From Longimicrobiales bacterium (lineage in GTDB: Bacteria > Gemmatimonadota > Gemmatimonadetes > Longimicrobiales > Gaopeijiaceae), in NCBI GenBank assembly GCA_041690395.1, contig JAWLHJ010000005.1:160001-224000 (forward strand): a stretch of DNA of 64,000 nucleotides. The letters are read 5' to 3'. Positions 1 to 11,633 of this stretch are shown piece after piece. The notes under the pieces are model-generated. The model made no database searches and had not been told where the DNA came from. It worked only from the letters and a program-made list of their open reading frames with translations. Each line of letters begins with the position of its first letter. The stretch's first letter is position 1. The position numbers and the translations under genes are program-made.

Positions 1-189
1 TACATGTCGCCTTGTATGTGTCGTCGTGAGTCGCTCACCCCGAGCCCGTCTGCCCCGCCCGGGGCCGCCGGTTGAGGACCGCTCCGTGACGTGGCGGGAC
101 GTTCGCCCCAACCACGAGATCGTCGTGCTCCATAAGCGCCAGAGGGTCCCGGAACCGGAGGCGTCGCGCGCGCTTCAAAGGGCGAATCC

Positions 190-2037
190 ATGAGGCCGGA
201 AGTGCTCATATACGCGACTCTGGCCGCCGTGACACTGGTTTTCCCGGGTTGGGTGACCTGGCGAGCTCGGGATCGTGCTCGCGCGCTCACGGTGGTCCAA
301 CAGGCACTGGATTCGTCCCTTGGTGCCGTCGCCATCGCCGGTCGCTCGGGCTTGCTGGAATACGTCAACCCCGCGTTCGCACGTCTTTGGGGGCTGGAGA
401 CCGTAGAGGAGGCCATCGGGCGGGACCCCGTGGAGTTCTGGGCCCACCCTTCGGACCCCATGGAGGTCATCGACACGCTCCGGCGCAGGGGCGCGTGGGA
501 AGGGCGGATGACCGCCCTGGGCAAGGACGGCCGGCAATTCCCGGTGGCGGTCTCCGCACAGGTCGTCCTCGACAAAAAGGGGCGATTCGCAGGGATGATG
601 GCCTCGTTCCTCGACGTGAGCGAGCAGATCCGCGCGACGGAGGAGCTGGATCGCCAGAGGGCTTTCTCCGATACCCTTCTTCAGGTGGCGCCGGTGCTGG
701 TCGTCCTCCTGGCGGACGACGGCACGGTGATGCAGGTGAACGCCGCGGTGGAGGACGTCACCGGGTACGCCGAAGCCGATCTTCAGGGACGCGATTGGTT
801 CACGACCATGATTCCCAGTCGGTGCCGGGATTCGGTTCAGGAGCGTTTCGAAAGGGCCATCGCCGGTGACGCGACCCGCGGGCACCTGAATCCCATCCTG
901 ACACGGGACGGCGGCGAGCGGGAGATCGAGTGGTCCGATACGACCCTATCGATACCGGGTTCGGGCGGGGACGTGCTTCTGGCCGTCGGCGTGGATGTGA
1001 CCGAACGGGTGCGAGGGGAGCGGGAGCTGGCCCGGACCCGGGCGCGGCTGGAAGAGGCCCAACGAATGGCGCGAATCGGGTCCTGGGAGCTGGACGTGAA
1101 GGCGAATGAGTTGGTGTGGTCGGACGAGGTGTACCGGATCTTCGATCTCGATCCCGAGGTGTTCGAGCCGTCGTACGAAGGCTTTCTCGCTCAGGTACAT
1201 CCGGAGGACCGGGACACGGTGAAGGCGGCGTACGCGGGGTCGCTCGAGAGCGGAGAGCCCTACGAGGCCCTGCACCGCATCAAGTTGGCCGACGGCCGGG
1301 TGGAGTGGGTGGAGGAGCGCGCGCAGACCCTCCTCGACGAGGCCGGCCGTCCGGTGCGTTCAGTCGGTACCGTGCAGCTGGTCACGGACCGGCACCTGAC
1401 CAGCGAACGGTTGCGTCGCGCGCTCAACGAGCGGGAGATCCTTCTCCGGGAGGTGCACCACCGCGTCAAGAACAACCTGCAGCTCGTCTCCTCGCTCCTG
1501 TACTTCCACGGCCGATCCTACGAGGACGTTCCCGACGTCGCGCGGTCCTTCGCCGAGGTCGGCCAGCGTCTTCGCTCCATGATCCTCCTTCACGAGTCGC
1601 TGTATCGTTCCCAGGACATGTCGCACATCGCCTTCCTCGATTACGTGCGGTCGCTGGCCGGGACCGTGCGGAGCTCGATCTACGATCCAGACAAGGCCGT
1701 CGAGGTGCTGGTCACGGGCGAACCCGTCGATCTGCCTGTGGAGGTTGCCCTCCCCTGCGGCATGATCGTGACCGAGCTCGTGACCAACGCCTTCAAGCAT
1801 GCGTTCGAAGATGCCCCCGGAGGTCGCATCGAGGTCTCTGTGGTCACGGACGACGACGGTGGTCTATCGCTGGCGGTTCGCGATGACGGGATCGGGTTCC
1901 CAGAAGGCTTCTCGCCCGAGCGAGGGGAAGGGTTCGGTTGGAAGCTCGTCCGGGGTCTGGCCCGGCAGGTCGACGCGACCCTCGAGATGGGACCTCGGGA
2001 GGTCCGCGTGACCGTCCCTCGCCGGGTGACCCGATGA
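190..2037 (+). CDS. Multi-PAS sensor histidine kinase (HisKA_2/HWE-like) with N-terminal TM helix
   Basis: Hydrophobic N-terminus; three PAS/PAC-like segments; H-box EVHHRVKNNLQ; N-box ELVTNAFKHAF; DDGIG and GFG ATP-lid motifs. Confidence 0.9.
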   Translation: MRPEVLIYATLAAVTLVFPGWVTWRARDRARALTVVQQALDSSLGAVAIAGRSGLLEYVNPAFARLWGLETVEEAIGRDPVEFWAHPSDPMEVIDTLRRRGAWEGRMTALGKDGRQFPVAVSAQVVLDKKGRFAGMMASFLDVSEQIRATEELDRQRAFSDTLLQVAPVLVVLLADDGTVMQVNAAVEDVTGYAEADLQGRDWFTTMIPSRCRDSVQERFERAIAGDATRGHLNPILTRDGGEREIEWSDTTLSIPGSGGDVLLAVGVDVTERVRGERELARTRARLEEAQRMARIGSWELDVKANELVWSDEVYRIFDLDPEVFEPSYEGFLAQVHPEDRDTVKAAYAGSLESGEPYEALHRIKLADGRVEWVEERAQTLLDEAGRPVRSVGTVQLVTDRHLTSERLRRALNEREILLREVHHRVKNNLQLVSSLLYFHGRSYEDVPDVARSFAEVGQRLRSMILLHESLYRSQDMSHIAFLDYVRSLAGTVRSSIYDPDKAVEVLVTGEPVDLPVEVALPCGMIVTELVTNAFKHAFEDAPGGRIEVSVVTDDDGGLSLAVRDDGIGFPEGFSPERGEGFGWKLVRGLARQVDATLEMGPREVRVTVPRRVTR

Positions 2038-3968
2038 CCGACCCACGCACGCGGATCTTCGTCGTCGAGGACGAGGCGCTCATCGCCATGGAGCTCGAGT
2101 CCCGGCTCGAGAGCATGGGATACGAAGTCGTCGGGACCGTCGCACGCGGAGAGGATGCGGTGGAGGCCGTGCCGGCCGCGGCACCGGATCTCGTGCTCAT
2201 GGACATCCGTCTCGCGGGTGAGATGTCCGGCGTCGACACGGCCAGCGCATTGTCGGAGCTCGTGGACGTGCCGGTCGTGTTTCTCAGCGCGTTCTCCGAC
2301 GAGTCCCTGGTTCGGGGAGCGCTCGAGGTGCGGCCGTTCGGGTACCTCGTGAAGCCGTTCGAGGAACGGGAGCTCCACCTCACCATCCAAGCGGCCCTCG
2401 TCCATCATCGGCTTGAAGCGCAGCTCAAGCATGCGTTGTCCTCGGTCGAGCGACATGCGCGCGTCCTCGAGGAGAAGGAGCGGTTCGTACGCGGCGTTCT
2501 CGACGCGGTAGGCGCCATGGTGGTGGTGCTCGACCACGAAGGCCGGATCATCGAAACCAACAAGGCCTGGCGAGACTTTGGGCTCGCCAACGGTCTCTCG
2601 ACGGATCTCCTCGGGGAGAGTTACCTGGACGTCTGTGACCGGACCACGGGCCGGGACGCTCGGGACGCACGGCGCGTCGCCCGGGCCATCCGTTCGGTCA
2701 TCGACGGGGGTGCCGACCACGTCGTTTACGAGTACTCGATGCCGACGCCACAGGGCCACCGGTGGTTCGTATGTCGCGTGGCGCCCATCCATGCCACCGG
2801 GCCAGGTCGAGTCGTGGTCAGCCACGAGGACGTCACCGCGGTACAGGACGCCCTGGAGCGAGCGCTCGATGGTGAGCGGGTCTTCACCTCCCTCTCGCAG
2901 CTGGCGCCGGTCGGGATCTTCCGGACCGACCCGGACGGCGCGGTGACGCATGTGAGCCGTCGGTGGACCGAGATCACCGGGCTCACCGAGGAGGACGCGA
3001 CGGACCGCGGCTGGGCTCAGGCCGTGCATCGCGAGGACCGGCGGGCGCTCGTCGAGGCCTGGATGGAAGCCACGGCGGCTCGCGAGCCGTTCGAGGCGGA
3101 AGTGCGGTTCGTGCGAGCCGAGGGTGACGTACGATGGGTCATCGCCGAGGCCATTCCGATTCCCGGACAGGACGGCGACGTCTCCGGGTACATCGGCACC
3201 ATCACGGACGTGACCGAGCGACGCGCCCTCCAGGAGCGGTTGTCCCACTCCGTCAAGATGGAGGCCATCGGGAACCTCACCGGCGGGATGGCCCACGACT
3301 TCAACAACTACCTCGGAGTCATCCTCGGCAACATGGGACTCCTTCGGGAACGGGGCGGCTGGGACGCGACGGCGGAAGAGCTCATCGAGGGCGTCATGAT
3401 GGGTGCGCGGAAGGGAGCGGAAGTCACGCGGAGCCTCCTCGCATTCGCCCGCAGGCAGCCTCTCGCCCCTCGGCCGACCGACGTCAACGAGCGTATCCAG
3501 GGCATGCTGGACCTCCTGGGCCGGACCCTCGGGGGACACATCGAAATGGAGATGGACCTCGCCCCAGACTTGTGGACGACCACGGTCGACGCCTCGCAGT
3601 TCGACAGTTGCATCTTGAACCTCACCGGCAACGCCAGGGACGCCATGCCGGACGGCGGACGGATCCGGATCCGGACGAGAAACGTCCCCAGGCTGGACTT
3701 CCCCGCCCACGCGCTGAGCGAGGCGGTACCCCCCGGCGATTACATCGCCATCGAGGTGAGTGACACCGGGTACGGCATCGACCCGGTGGATCTTCCCCGG
3801 GTGACGGAGCCCTTCTTCACCACCAAAGGTCCCGGCCATGGGACGGGCCTCGGGCTCAGCATGGTCTACGGATTCGTGAGTCAGTCCGGCGGTCACGTCG
3901 ACATCGAGAGCGATGTCGGGCGCGGGACCACCGTGACGCTGTTCCTTCCGCGGACTCGGCCGAGCTGA
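2034..3968 (+). CDS. Hybrid receiver-PAS-PAS-histidine kinase
   Basis: ATGA overlap with upstream stop; N-terminal REC (VVEDE, LMDI, KPF); PAS domains; H-box AHDFNN; FFTTK and GTGLGL. Confidence 0.9.
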   Translation: MTDPRTRIFVVEDEALIAMELESRLESMGYEVVGTVARGEDAVEAVPAAAPDLVLMDIRLAGEMSGVDTASALSELVDVPVVFLSAFSDESLVRGALEVRPFGYLVKPFEERELHLTIQAALVHHRLEAQLKHALSSVERHARVLEEKERFVRGVLDAVGAMVVVLDHEGRIIETNKAWRDFGLANGLSTDLLGESYLDVCDRTTGRDARDARRVARAIRSVIDGGADHVVYEYSMPTPQGHRWFVCRVAPIHATGPGRVVVSHEDVTAVQDALERALDGERVFTSLSQLAPVGIFRTDPDGAVTHVSRRWTEITGLTEEDATDRGWAQAVHREDRRALVEAWMEATAAREPFEAEVRFVRAEGDVRWVIAEAIPIPGQDGDVSGYIGTITDVTERRALQERLSHSVKMEAIGNLTGGMAHDFNNYLGVILGNMGLLRERGGWDATAEELIEGVMMGARKGAEVTRSLLAFARRQPLAPRPTDVNERIQGMLDLLGRTLGGHIEMEMDLAPDLWTTTVDASQFDSCILNLTGNARDAMPDGGRIRIRTRNVPRLDFPAHALSEAVPPGDYIAIEVSDTGYGIDPVDLPRVTEPFFTTKGPGHGTGLGLSMVYGFVSQSGGHVDIESDVGRGTTVTLFLPRTRPS

Positions 3969-3983
3969 GGGGGGCGTCCCGCC

Positions 3984-5129
3984 TCAACCGTCCTGCGCGA
4001 CGGGCAGATAGACGGCCACGGTCGTTCCGACGGCCTCGGTGCTCTGGACGTCGAGGTAGCCCCCGGCGCGCTTCACGCTCCCGAAGGCTTCGGACAGGCC
4101 GAGGCCTTTCGCTCCCGTACGGCGCTTGGTCGTGAAAAACGGCTCGAAGACCCGGCTCAGTGCCTCCCGTGGGATCCCTGGCCCGTCGTCGGCGATCTCC
4201 ACGACGGCGAACCGCCCTTCCCGGGAGCCGGGGTGCCGGGCCACGAAGTCCTTCGAGAGGGTCGCTCGGCGCGTGCGGATCCAGACGTGGCCATCGCTGG
4301 CGATGGCCTCCATGGCGTTGTCGGCCACGTTCCTCAGCGCCTGTCTGATCTGCGCACGGTCCGCGAACACCGGGAGAGGTTCGGCGCACTGATGGGTGCT
4401 GAGTGAGCAGGATCCGTCGAACAGACCGAGGTCCGCGGGGAAGGCGTCCTCGACCAGCTCCCGCAGGTCGAACGCCTCACTTTCGACGAACTGCCGCTGC
4501 GAATACGCGAGGAGTCTGAAGACGAGCTTCGACGCCTGGTCGCTGGCGGCCCGAATCGAATCGAGAGATTCCCTGAGCGTGGGGTCCGTTCCGCGTTGGA
4601 GGCCCCACTCGGCTTCCGCCTGAATGACGGTGAGCAGGTTGTTGAACTCGTGCGCGATCCCCCCCGCGATGTTGCCGACGATCTCCATGGCGGGAGGGGT
4701 GGCTTGATGAGCAGCGGGCTCGTTCGTCGGCGCGTTCCGTGCCGGGCGTGCCTCCTCCGACGTCCGCTTACGGGAGGTGCCTGTGGACATCGAGGTCGCC
4801 GCGGGATCGTCTGTCCATCCTCGGGGGACCGCACATCGCATGAAGATGAGTGGCGTCCCCCAGCTGTCCGCCCGCGCGATCCGCATGCCCTCGGCGAGAC
4901 ATCGAAGGGGCCGCTCCCCCCCACGGCGGAACGTCAACTCTCGGGACGAGAACGTGCCACTGGAGCGCCATGCCGAAAGGGCTTGCCCGATCCTATCCGG
5001 GTCATCCAGGACGTGGTCCGCCAGCCCGCTGTCCGACAGGGCAGGGTCGTTGCCTAGGAGTCGCTCACCCGCCGGATTCGCGGCGAGAATGCGCCCATCG
5101 ACCGTGAGTAGCAGCGCGGGGCGCCGCAT
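3984..5129 (-). CDS. PAS-containing histidine kinase (CckA-like core, no receiver); start uncertain, ORF open to 5330
   Basis: PAS-like GRILAANPAG; H-box IAHEFNNLL; DDGPGI, FEPFFTTK, GLGLS. Confidence 0.8.
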   Translation of the reverse strand: MRRPALLLTVDGRILAANPAGERLLGNDPALSDSGLADHVLDDPDRIGQALSAWRSSGTFSSRELTFRRGGERPLRCLAEGMRIARADSWGTPLIFMRCAVPRGWTDDPAATSMSTGTSRKRTSEEARPARNAPTNEPAAHQATPPAMEIVGNIAGGIAHEFNNLLTVIQAEAEWGLQRGTDPTLRESLDSIRAASDQASKLVFRLLAYSQRQFVESEAFDLRELVEDAFPADLGLFDGSCSLSTHQCAEPLPVFADRAQIRQALRNVADNAMEAIASDGHVWIRTRRATLSKDFVARHPGSREGRFAVVEIADDGPGIPREALSRVFEPFFTTKRRTGAKGLGLSEAFGSVKRAGGYLDVQSTEAVGTTVAVYLPVAQDG

Positions 5130-5389
5130 GTGGACGGTCAGAGCGTGGAAGGTATCTGGGATCAATCGACGGTCGCGGTGGTGGTCGGTCTCGCGCCGCG
5201 TGAGCAGCCCCGGCGAGCACGAATCGACGCAGGCGTCCGCAATGTACGTGCGCTCCGGCGAGGCACAAGCGAAGCGTTCGGCGCCCGCGGGAACCACACC
5301 TGAGGAGAGACTCAATTCCACTGCCCGCACGGTCGATACTCAGCGATCCGGATGGCTTTCTCTCACTTCCTCGATGATGCGGATCCTGA

Positions 5390-6166
5390 ATGGACAAAGC
5401 CTCGATCTTCGGAGTGGTCACGGGCACGGCCCTCGTCCTGGCCGCGATTCTCCTCGGGGGCAGTCTCGGCACGTTCTTCAACGTCCAAGGCCTCCTCATC
5501 GTCGCTGGCGGCACCTTCGCGGCGGTCTGCATCGCGTTTCCCACCGACGAGCTCAAGCTCATCCTTCCCGTGACCCGTCGGGTCTTCAACCATCCCGGGG
5601 ACGAGATGGCGGCGCTCATGAAGTTCCTGGTGCGGGCGGCCCAGATCTTCAAGCGGGATGGCCCACTCGCCCTCGAGGGCATCGCCGCCGAGGCACCGTC
5701 CAAGCCCCTGGCCAAGGGACTGCAGCTCATCGCCGACGGTACGGATGCGGCCACGATCCACGAGATTCTCGGCACTGAGCGAAAATACATGGAGGAGCAT
5801 CACCGGGTAGGCCAGAAGATCTTCAACGAAATGGGCAAGTACGCCCCTGCGTTCGGCATGGTCGGGACGCTGATCGGGCTCGTCCAGATGCTGGCCAACA
5901 TGAGTGACCCGGAGAGCCTCGGCCCGGCCATGGCCGTGGCTCTGCTCACCACGTTCTACGGCGCCGTGCTGGCCAATCTCATTTTCATTCCGATGGTGAC
6001 CAAGCTGGACAGGCGCATTCACATCGAGGTCACGCAGATCCAACTCGCCATCGTCGGCTTGATCTCGCTCCATCGGGGGGACACCACCCAGATCCTGCGG
6101 GAGAAGCTCATGGCGTTCGTGCACGCGCAGGACGAGGATCTGGAGACAACCGGGGCGGAGGGCTGA
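5390..6166 (+). CDS. motA: Flagellar stator A subunit (MotA/PomA/MotP family)
   Basis: 258 aa with 4 TM segments; KRDGPLALE rotor-contact motif; APAFGMVGTLIGLV; ALLTTFYG. Confidence 0.92.
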   Translation: MDKASIFGVVTGTALVLAAILLGGSLGTFFNVQGLLIVAGGTFAAVCIAFPTDELKLILPVTRRVFNHPGDEMAALMKFLVRAAQIFKRDGPLALEGIAAEAPSKPLAKGLQLIADGTDAATIHEILGTERKYMEEHHRVGQKIFNEMGKYAPAFGMVGTLIGLVQMLANMSDPESLGPAMAVALLTTFYGAVLANLIFIPMVTKLDRRIHIEVTQIQLAIVGLISLHRGDTTQILREKLMAFVHAQDEDLETTGAEG

Positions 6167-6170
6167 CACC

Positions 6171-7103
6171 ATGGCTGCTCTGGGACCCGACGTGAACGAA
6201 GAGACATCCGAAGCGCCCGTGGAGGAGGGAGCGCCGCTCTGGACCGTGACGTTCGGGGACATGATGAGCTTGCTGTTGACCTTCTTCATCTTGCTGTTCT
6301 CCATGTCCGAGCTCCGCATGGAGCGGTTCCTGCTCGCGAGTCAGTCTCTTAGCGCCGCGTTGGGAGGAACCGCGCCGGAGCCTGTGCCGGAGCCGATCAG
6401 CCTCGTACCGGACTCCCTCGGCGAACCCTTTCCGGAGGGGCCCCCGGGCTCGGCGGGCGAAGCCCCCGATGCCAGGGGGGAGGCCGAGCCCGGGCCGGAG
6501 TCCGAACTCGCCGGGGATACGCCGTCCGTGGAGTCGGTCGTGGAGCGCCTCACCGAGGAGTATCTGAACGACCTTCTGAGGCGGCTCCAGGACTTCGTGA
6601 CGCGAAACGACCTGGGTGAGGTCCTCAGTGTCGACAAAGGGCCGTCGGGTGTGCGTGTCCGGGTTTCGGCGGCGGCGCTGTTCGAGCCGGGAAGCGCTGC
6701 CGTGAGCGAGGAAAGTCGCTGGCTCCTGGACTTCTTTGCCGACCTCGCCAGCGAAGTACGTCTGCCGGTCATCGTTTCGGGGCACGCGGACAACCAGCCC
6801 ATCCAGAATGCGTGGTTTCCCTCCAACTGGGAGCTGTCCGCGGCCCGTGCGGCGGGAGTCGCGCGGGAGCTCGTGGCCCGAGGGCACGACCCGCTGCTCC
6901 TGAGGGTGGAGTCGTTTGGTGAGCACCGGCCGGTGGCATCGAATGACTCCATGGGTGGACGCGCCCTGAACCGCCGCATAGAGTTTCTCTACGACCGCGT
7001 GGATATCATGAGGACGATCGAGGGGTGGCGTCGGAGTCTGGCCGGGCCGGACGCCACCGCGGCGGAACCCGAGTCACGACGACAGGAGAACGGGCGGAAC
7101 TAG
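6171..7103 (+). CDS. motB: Flagellar stator B subunit (MotB/PomB/MotS family) with OmpA-like peptidoglycan-binding domain
   Basis: WTVTFGDMMSLLLTFFILLFSMS TM helix with conserved Asp; GHADN, SNWELSAARA, NRRIE. Confidence 0.92.
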   Translation: MAALGPDVNEETSEAPVEEGAPLWTVTFGDMMSLLLTFFILLFSMSELRMERFLLASQSLSAALGGTAPEPVPEPISLVPDSLGEPFPEGPPGSAGEAPDARGEAEPGPESELAGDTPSVESVVERLTEEYLNDLLRRLQDFVTRNDLGEVLSVDKGPSGVRVRVSAAALFEPGSAAVSEESRWLLDFFADLASEVRLPVIVSGHADNQPIQNAWFPSNWELSAARAAGVARELVARGHDPLLLRVESFGEHRPVASNDSMGGRALNRRIEFLYDRVDIMRTIEGWRRSLAGPDATAAEPESRRQENGRN

Positions 7104-7117
7104 GCCTGGAACTTGCA
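7102..7117 (+). promoter_or_regulatory. Putative sigma54 (-24/-12) promoter
   Basis: AGGCCTG-GAAC-TTGCA fits GG-N10-GC, with TTGCA at -12, upstream of a receiver gene. Confidence 0.5.
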
Positions 7118-7217
7118 AAGCGGGGTTACGGGACCCTCTCTGGATGGGTGCCGTCGGCCCTTGAATCCCGATGGTACTCCCTCACCCCCCCCAATGACAC
7201 AGGGAGCGCACGGCAGC

Positions 7218-7628
7218 ATGATATCCGCTCAGCCCGAATACGCGCACGGGCGCGGCGCCGTCCTGATCGTGGACGACGAGCCGTTGATCCTGCGTGTCGC
7301 TTGCAAGGTCCTCGAAGGAGTCTTCGACGAGGTGCTCGAAGCGTCGACGGGGGAAGAGGCCTTGGAGGTCGCGCAGGACCATGCCGGCCCCATCACGCTC
7401 CTTCTCACCGACGTCATCATGCCGGGCATTGGCGGCCGGGAGCTCAGCGAGACGATTCGGCGGAGTCAGCCGGACGCATCCGTTCTGTTCATGTCGGCCT
7501 ACACCGAGGACGAAGTGCTGCTCGAAGGGATTCGTGTGGCCGAGGTCGAGTTCATCGCGAAGCCGTTCTCGATCGAGGGGCTGCGGGCCAAGGTGTTCGA
7601 GGTTCTCGAGAAGCGTGCTGCGTCCTGA
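7218..7628 (+). CDS. Stand-alone response regulator receiver domain (start 7194 or 7218)
   Basis: LIVDDE, LLTDVIMPG, FMSAY, AKPF. Confidence 0.88.
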   Translation: MISAQPEYAHGRGAVLIVDDEPLILRVACKVLEGVFDEVLEASTGEEALEVAQDHAGPITLLLTDVIMPGIGGRELSETIRRSQPDASVLFMSAYTEDEVLLEGIRVAEVEFIAKPFSIEGLRAKVFEVLEKRAAS

Positions 7629-7646
7629 CTCCTCCCGCCCGACCGC

Positions 7647-8321
7647 CTAGCGCCGGTCGTCGGAGGTCCAGGGCTTGAAGGCGGGAACGACGATCTCCCA
7701 TCCGGAGGGGCCCGGACCGGCGGTGGACGGGTCGTCCCGAAGGGCTTCATCGTGGGTGTCGCCAGGTTCCGACCCGTCCTCTTCATCGGCCCGTTCGGGC
7801 CGGCCCACGTGACTCGGGCGCGAAGCGCTCGACGTTTCGCCCTTGAGGTGTGCGATGACGTGAGGGGGGAGGGTCAACGGCGCCTGAGCGTGCCGGCGCG
7901 GGTGACTCGATCGCCCCCGGCGTCCATCCGGAGCGCCGGTCGGTCTCCGATCCATGTGCGTCACGAGCCCGCAATCGCCGCCCTTCCCCGCTCCAGCCCT
8001 TCCCACGAGCGGGTCTTCCGCGGCTTCCCGGCGTTGAAGCAGAACGAGCACGAACCCGGCGCCTCCAAAGACGAGCAGCCAAAGGGGACTGGGCCTGTCA
8101 CCGGTGGGCTTCCGTCTCGTGGCGGTTGCTTGCGGGCGAGGCTCGGAGAGCTCGATCTCATGCGTCAGCGCGTCCTTCACGAGCTCCGAGGCCAATGACG
8201 CAGGTGCGCCTCCGTCCGGCGCCGCACGATCCTGTATCGCTCCGAGCAGGGGCGATGCGAACATGACGAGCGCCGCGAGAAAGCGCGCGGGATACCGGAG
8301 GGGGGGGCGATGAGCGACCAC
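7647..8321 (-). CDS. Hypothetical protein with signal-like N-terminus, one TM helix and a disordered tail
   Basis: Fills an otherwise empty gap; RFLAALVMFASPLLGA signal-like stretch and LWLLVFGGAGFVLVLLQRR TM/stop-transfer; no family recognised. Confidence 0.4.
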   Translation of the reverse strand: MVAHRPPLRYPARFLAALVMFASPLLGAIQDRAAPDGGAPASLASELVKDALTHEIELSEPRPQATATRRKPTGDRPSPLWLLVFGGAGFVLVLLQRREAAEDPLVGRAGAGKGGDCGLVTHMDRRPTGAPDGRRGRSSHPRRHAQAPLTLPPHVIAHLKGETSSASRPSHVGRPERADEEDGSEPGDTHDEALRDDPSTAGPGPSGWEIVVPAFKPWTSDDRR

Positions 8322-8387
8322 GCTTGGAGTTTCGGACGCCGACCGCTCGGCTTGAGCCGAAGTCACCCAGCCTCTACCTTGAGCACA

Positions 8388-10322
<1,935 letters not shown>

Positions 10323-10576
10323 TCGGCGGCTAGCGCTGAAGCGGCGTCATCTGGGGCAGTTGGGCGAGTACGTCCGTCTTGTGCGACACTGCGAGCGAAA
10401 AGGCGGACATGTCTGCCCGGGTGATCCCGGCCCGCCGTCCCACCGGTCCGCCGTTGTCCGAGAGGCTATCTAGCCGCATTCTGGACGTATCGGCCAATGT
10501 GGATTGACCTGAGGGGCGGATTGGTTGGCGCCGTAGTCGGCCAGGGCTCCGTCCTGCGACGAGACCGAGGGAACTG

Positions 10577-10921
10577 ATGGTCAGAGATCTTCGGCCCGAA
10601 GATTGGTCCGGAGGCGTGTCGATCGCCCTGATATCGGCTTGGGTTATCATCGCTGTGCGGTGGCTGTCAGGAATGTCGGCTACAGCGAACGGTGCGCTAC
10701 TTTTCATGGCATTGGGGTTCTCGGTTGTCTTCGTCGTTCTTCGGGGGCGTGCTCAACGTCCGCGCAAGAAGGACCGGATCCTGCTAGGTCTAGTGCCACC
10801 GACCGTCATTGCTGCTGTGGTAAGCCTCGACTTTGCGCACATGAGCGCCCACGGAATAGCCATCAATACGACGCCGATCGTCGTTCTTCTCCTTGCCCTT
10901 TGGCCTCGCAGACCCCGCTAA
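10577..10921 (+). CDS. Small hypothetical membrane protein
   Basis: 114 aa with about 4 hydrophobic segments; GAGGG upstream; atypical codon usage. Confidence 0.5.
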   Translation: MVRDLRPEDWSGGVSIALISAWVIIAVRWLSGMSATANGALLFMALGFSVVFVVLRGRAQRPRKKDRILLGLVPPTVIAAVVSLDFAHMSAHGIAINTTPIVVLLLALWPRRPR

Positions 10922-10977
10922 GAGCTTGATATGGTTCAGGGTAACCACAGGAAGGCCCGGCGCGCGCGCTGGAGGCC

Positions 10978-11241
10978 GTGATGGAGCAGTTCATTGGATT
11001 CGTACTCTTCACGGCAGGGCAGGTGGGCATGTATCTGGTTGGGGATCATCTCGAGAAGTATCGACTCGACTTGCGACGGAGCCAGCCCTTCTACCGCGGT
11101 GACTCCGAGATCCTTGGTTTGGACATGATGCTTCCTCGGAACTACACGGCAGAGGGTCGCAGCCGCCTCCCTTATCTGTATGGCTGCGTGTTGCTCACCC
11201 TAGTGGGTGCGGTCTTGTGGGCGGTACTGGGGAATCGGTAG
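10978..11241 (+). CDS. Small hypothetical membrane protein (2 TM)
   Basis: GGAGG RBS; hydrophobic ends; NYTAEGR loop. Confidence 0.55.
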   Translation: MMEQFIGFVLFTAGQVGMYLVGDHLEKYRLDLRRSQPFYRGDSEILGLDMMLPRNYTAEGRSRLPYLYGCVLLTLVGAVLWAVLGNR

Positions 11242-11399
11242 GCGGCTTCTATCATCTTCATTATCACGTTGGGGGCGATGGGTCTCGCTGACGGCGAAGG
11301 GAGAGGGGGGGACTTCGTGTGGGGTTGACCCAGGAAGTCGAACCGTAGCACCTTGGTCGGTGTAACTAAGATGACATTCTGCTCGACCAGGAATCGATA

Positions 11400-11633
11400 A
11401 TGCATACACTCTCGAGCACGACACGGAAGCAGGGGGCGTCGATTGTGACCACCCTGCCCGCAGAGGTAGTCCGGCGGCTCGGTATTCCTCCGGGTCAGAG
11501 GCTGGACTGGATTGAAGATGGGCTGGGCGGCTTTCGGGTCGTCCCCCATTCCGAGGAACTCGGCGCCGCGGCCGAGGCCCATGAGGCGATCATGGCCGAG
11601 TACGACGGAGTGTTCCGCGAACTGGCGAAGTGA
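11400..11633 (+). CDS. AbrB/MazE-family antitoxin
   Basis: RKQGASIVTTLPAEVVRRLGI swapped-hairpin motif; C-terminal YDGVFRELAK; GTGA overlap with doc. Confidence 0.85.
   Translation: MHTLSSTTRKQGASIVTTLPAEVVRRLGIPPGQRLDWIEDGLGGFRVVPHSEELGAAAEAHEAIMAEYDGVFRELAK

Noticed and set aside
1..189. Regulatory RNA upstream of the first kinase
   Set aside because: No recognisable riboswitch or sRNA consensus; the region is cut by the window edge.
5390..7103. Zorya (ZorA/ZorB) anti-phage system
   Set aside because: The A subunit is 258 aa with no long cytoplasmic tail and retains flagellar rotor-contact residues; no zorC/D/E-like genes nearby.
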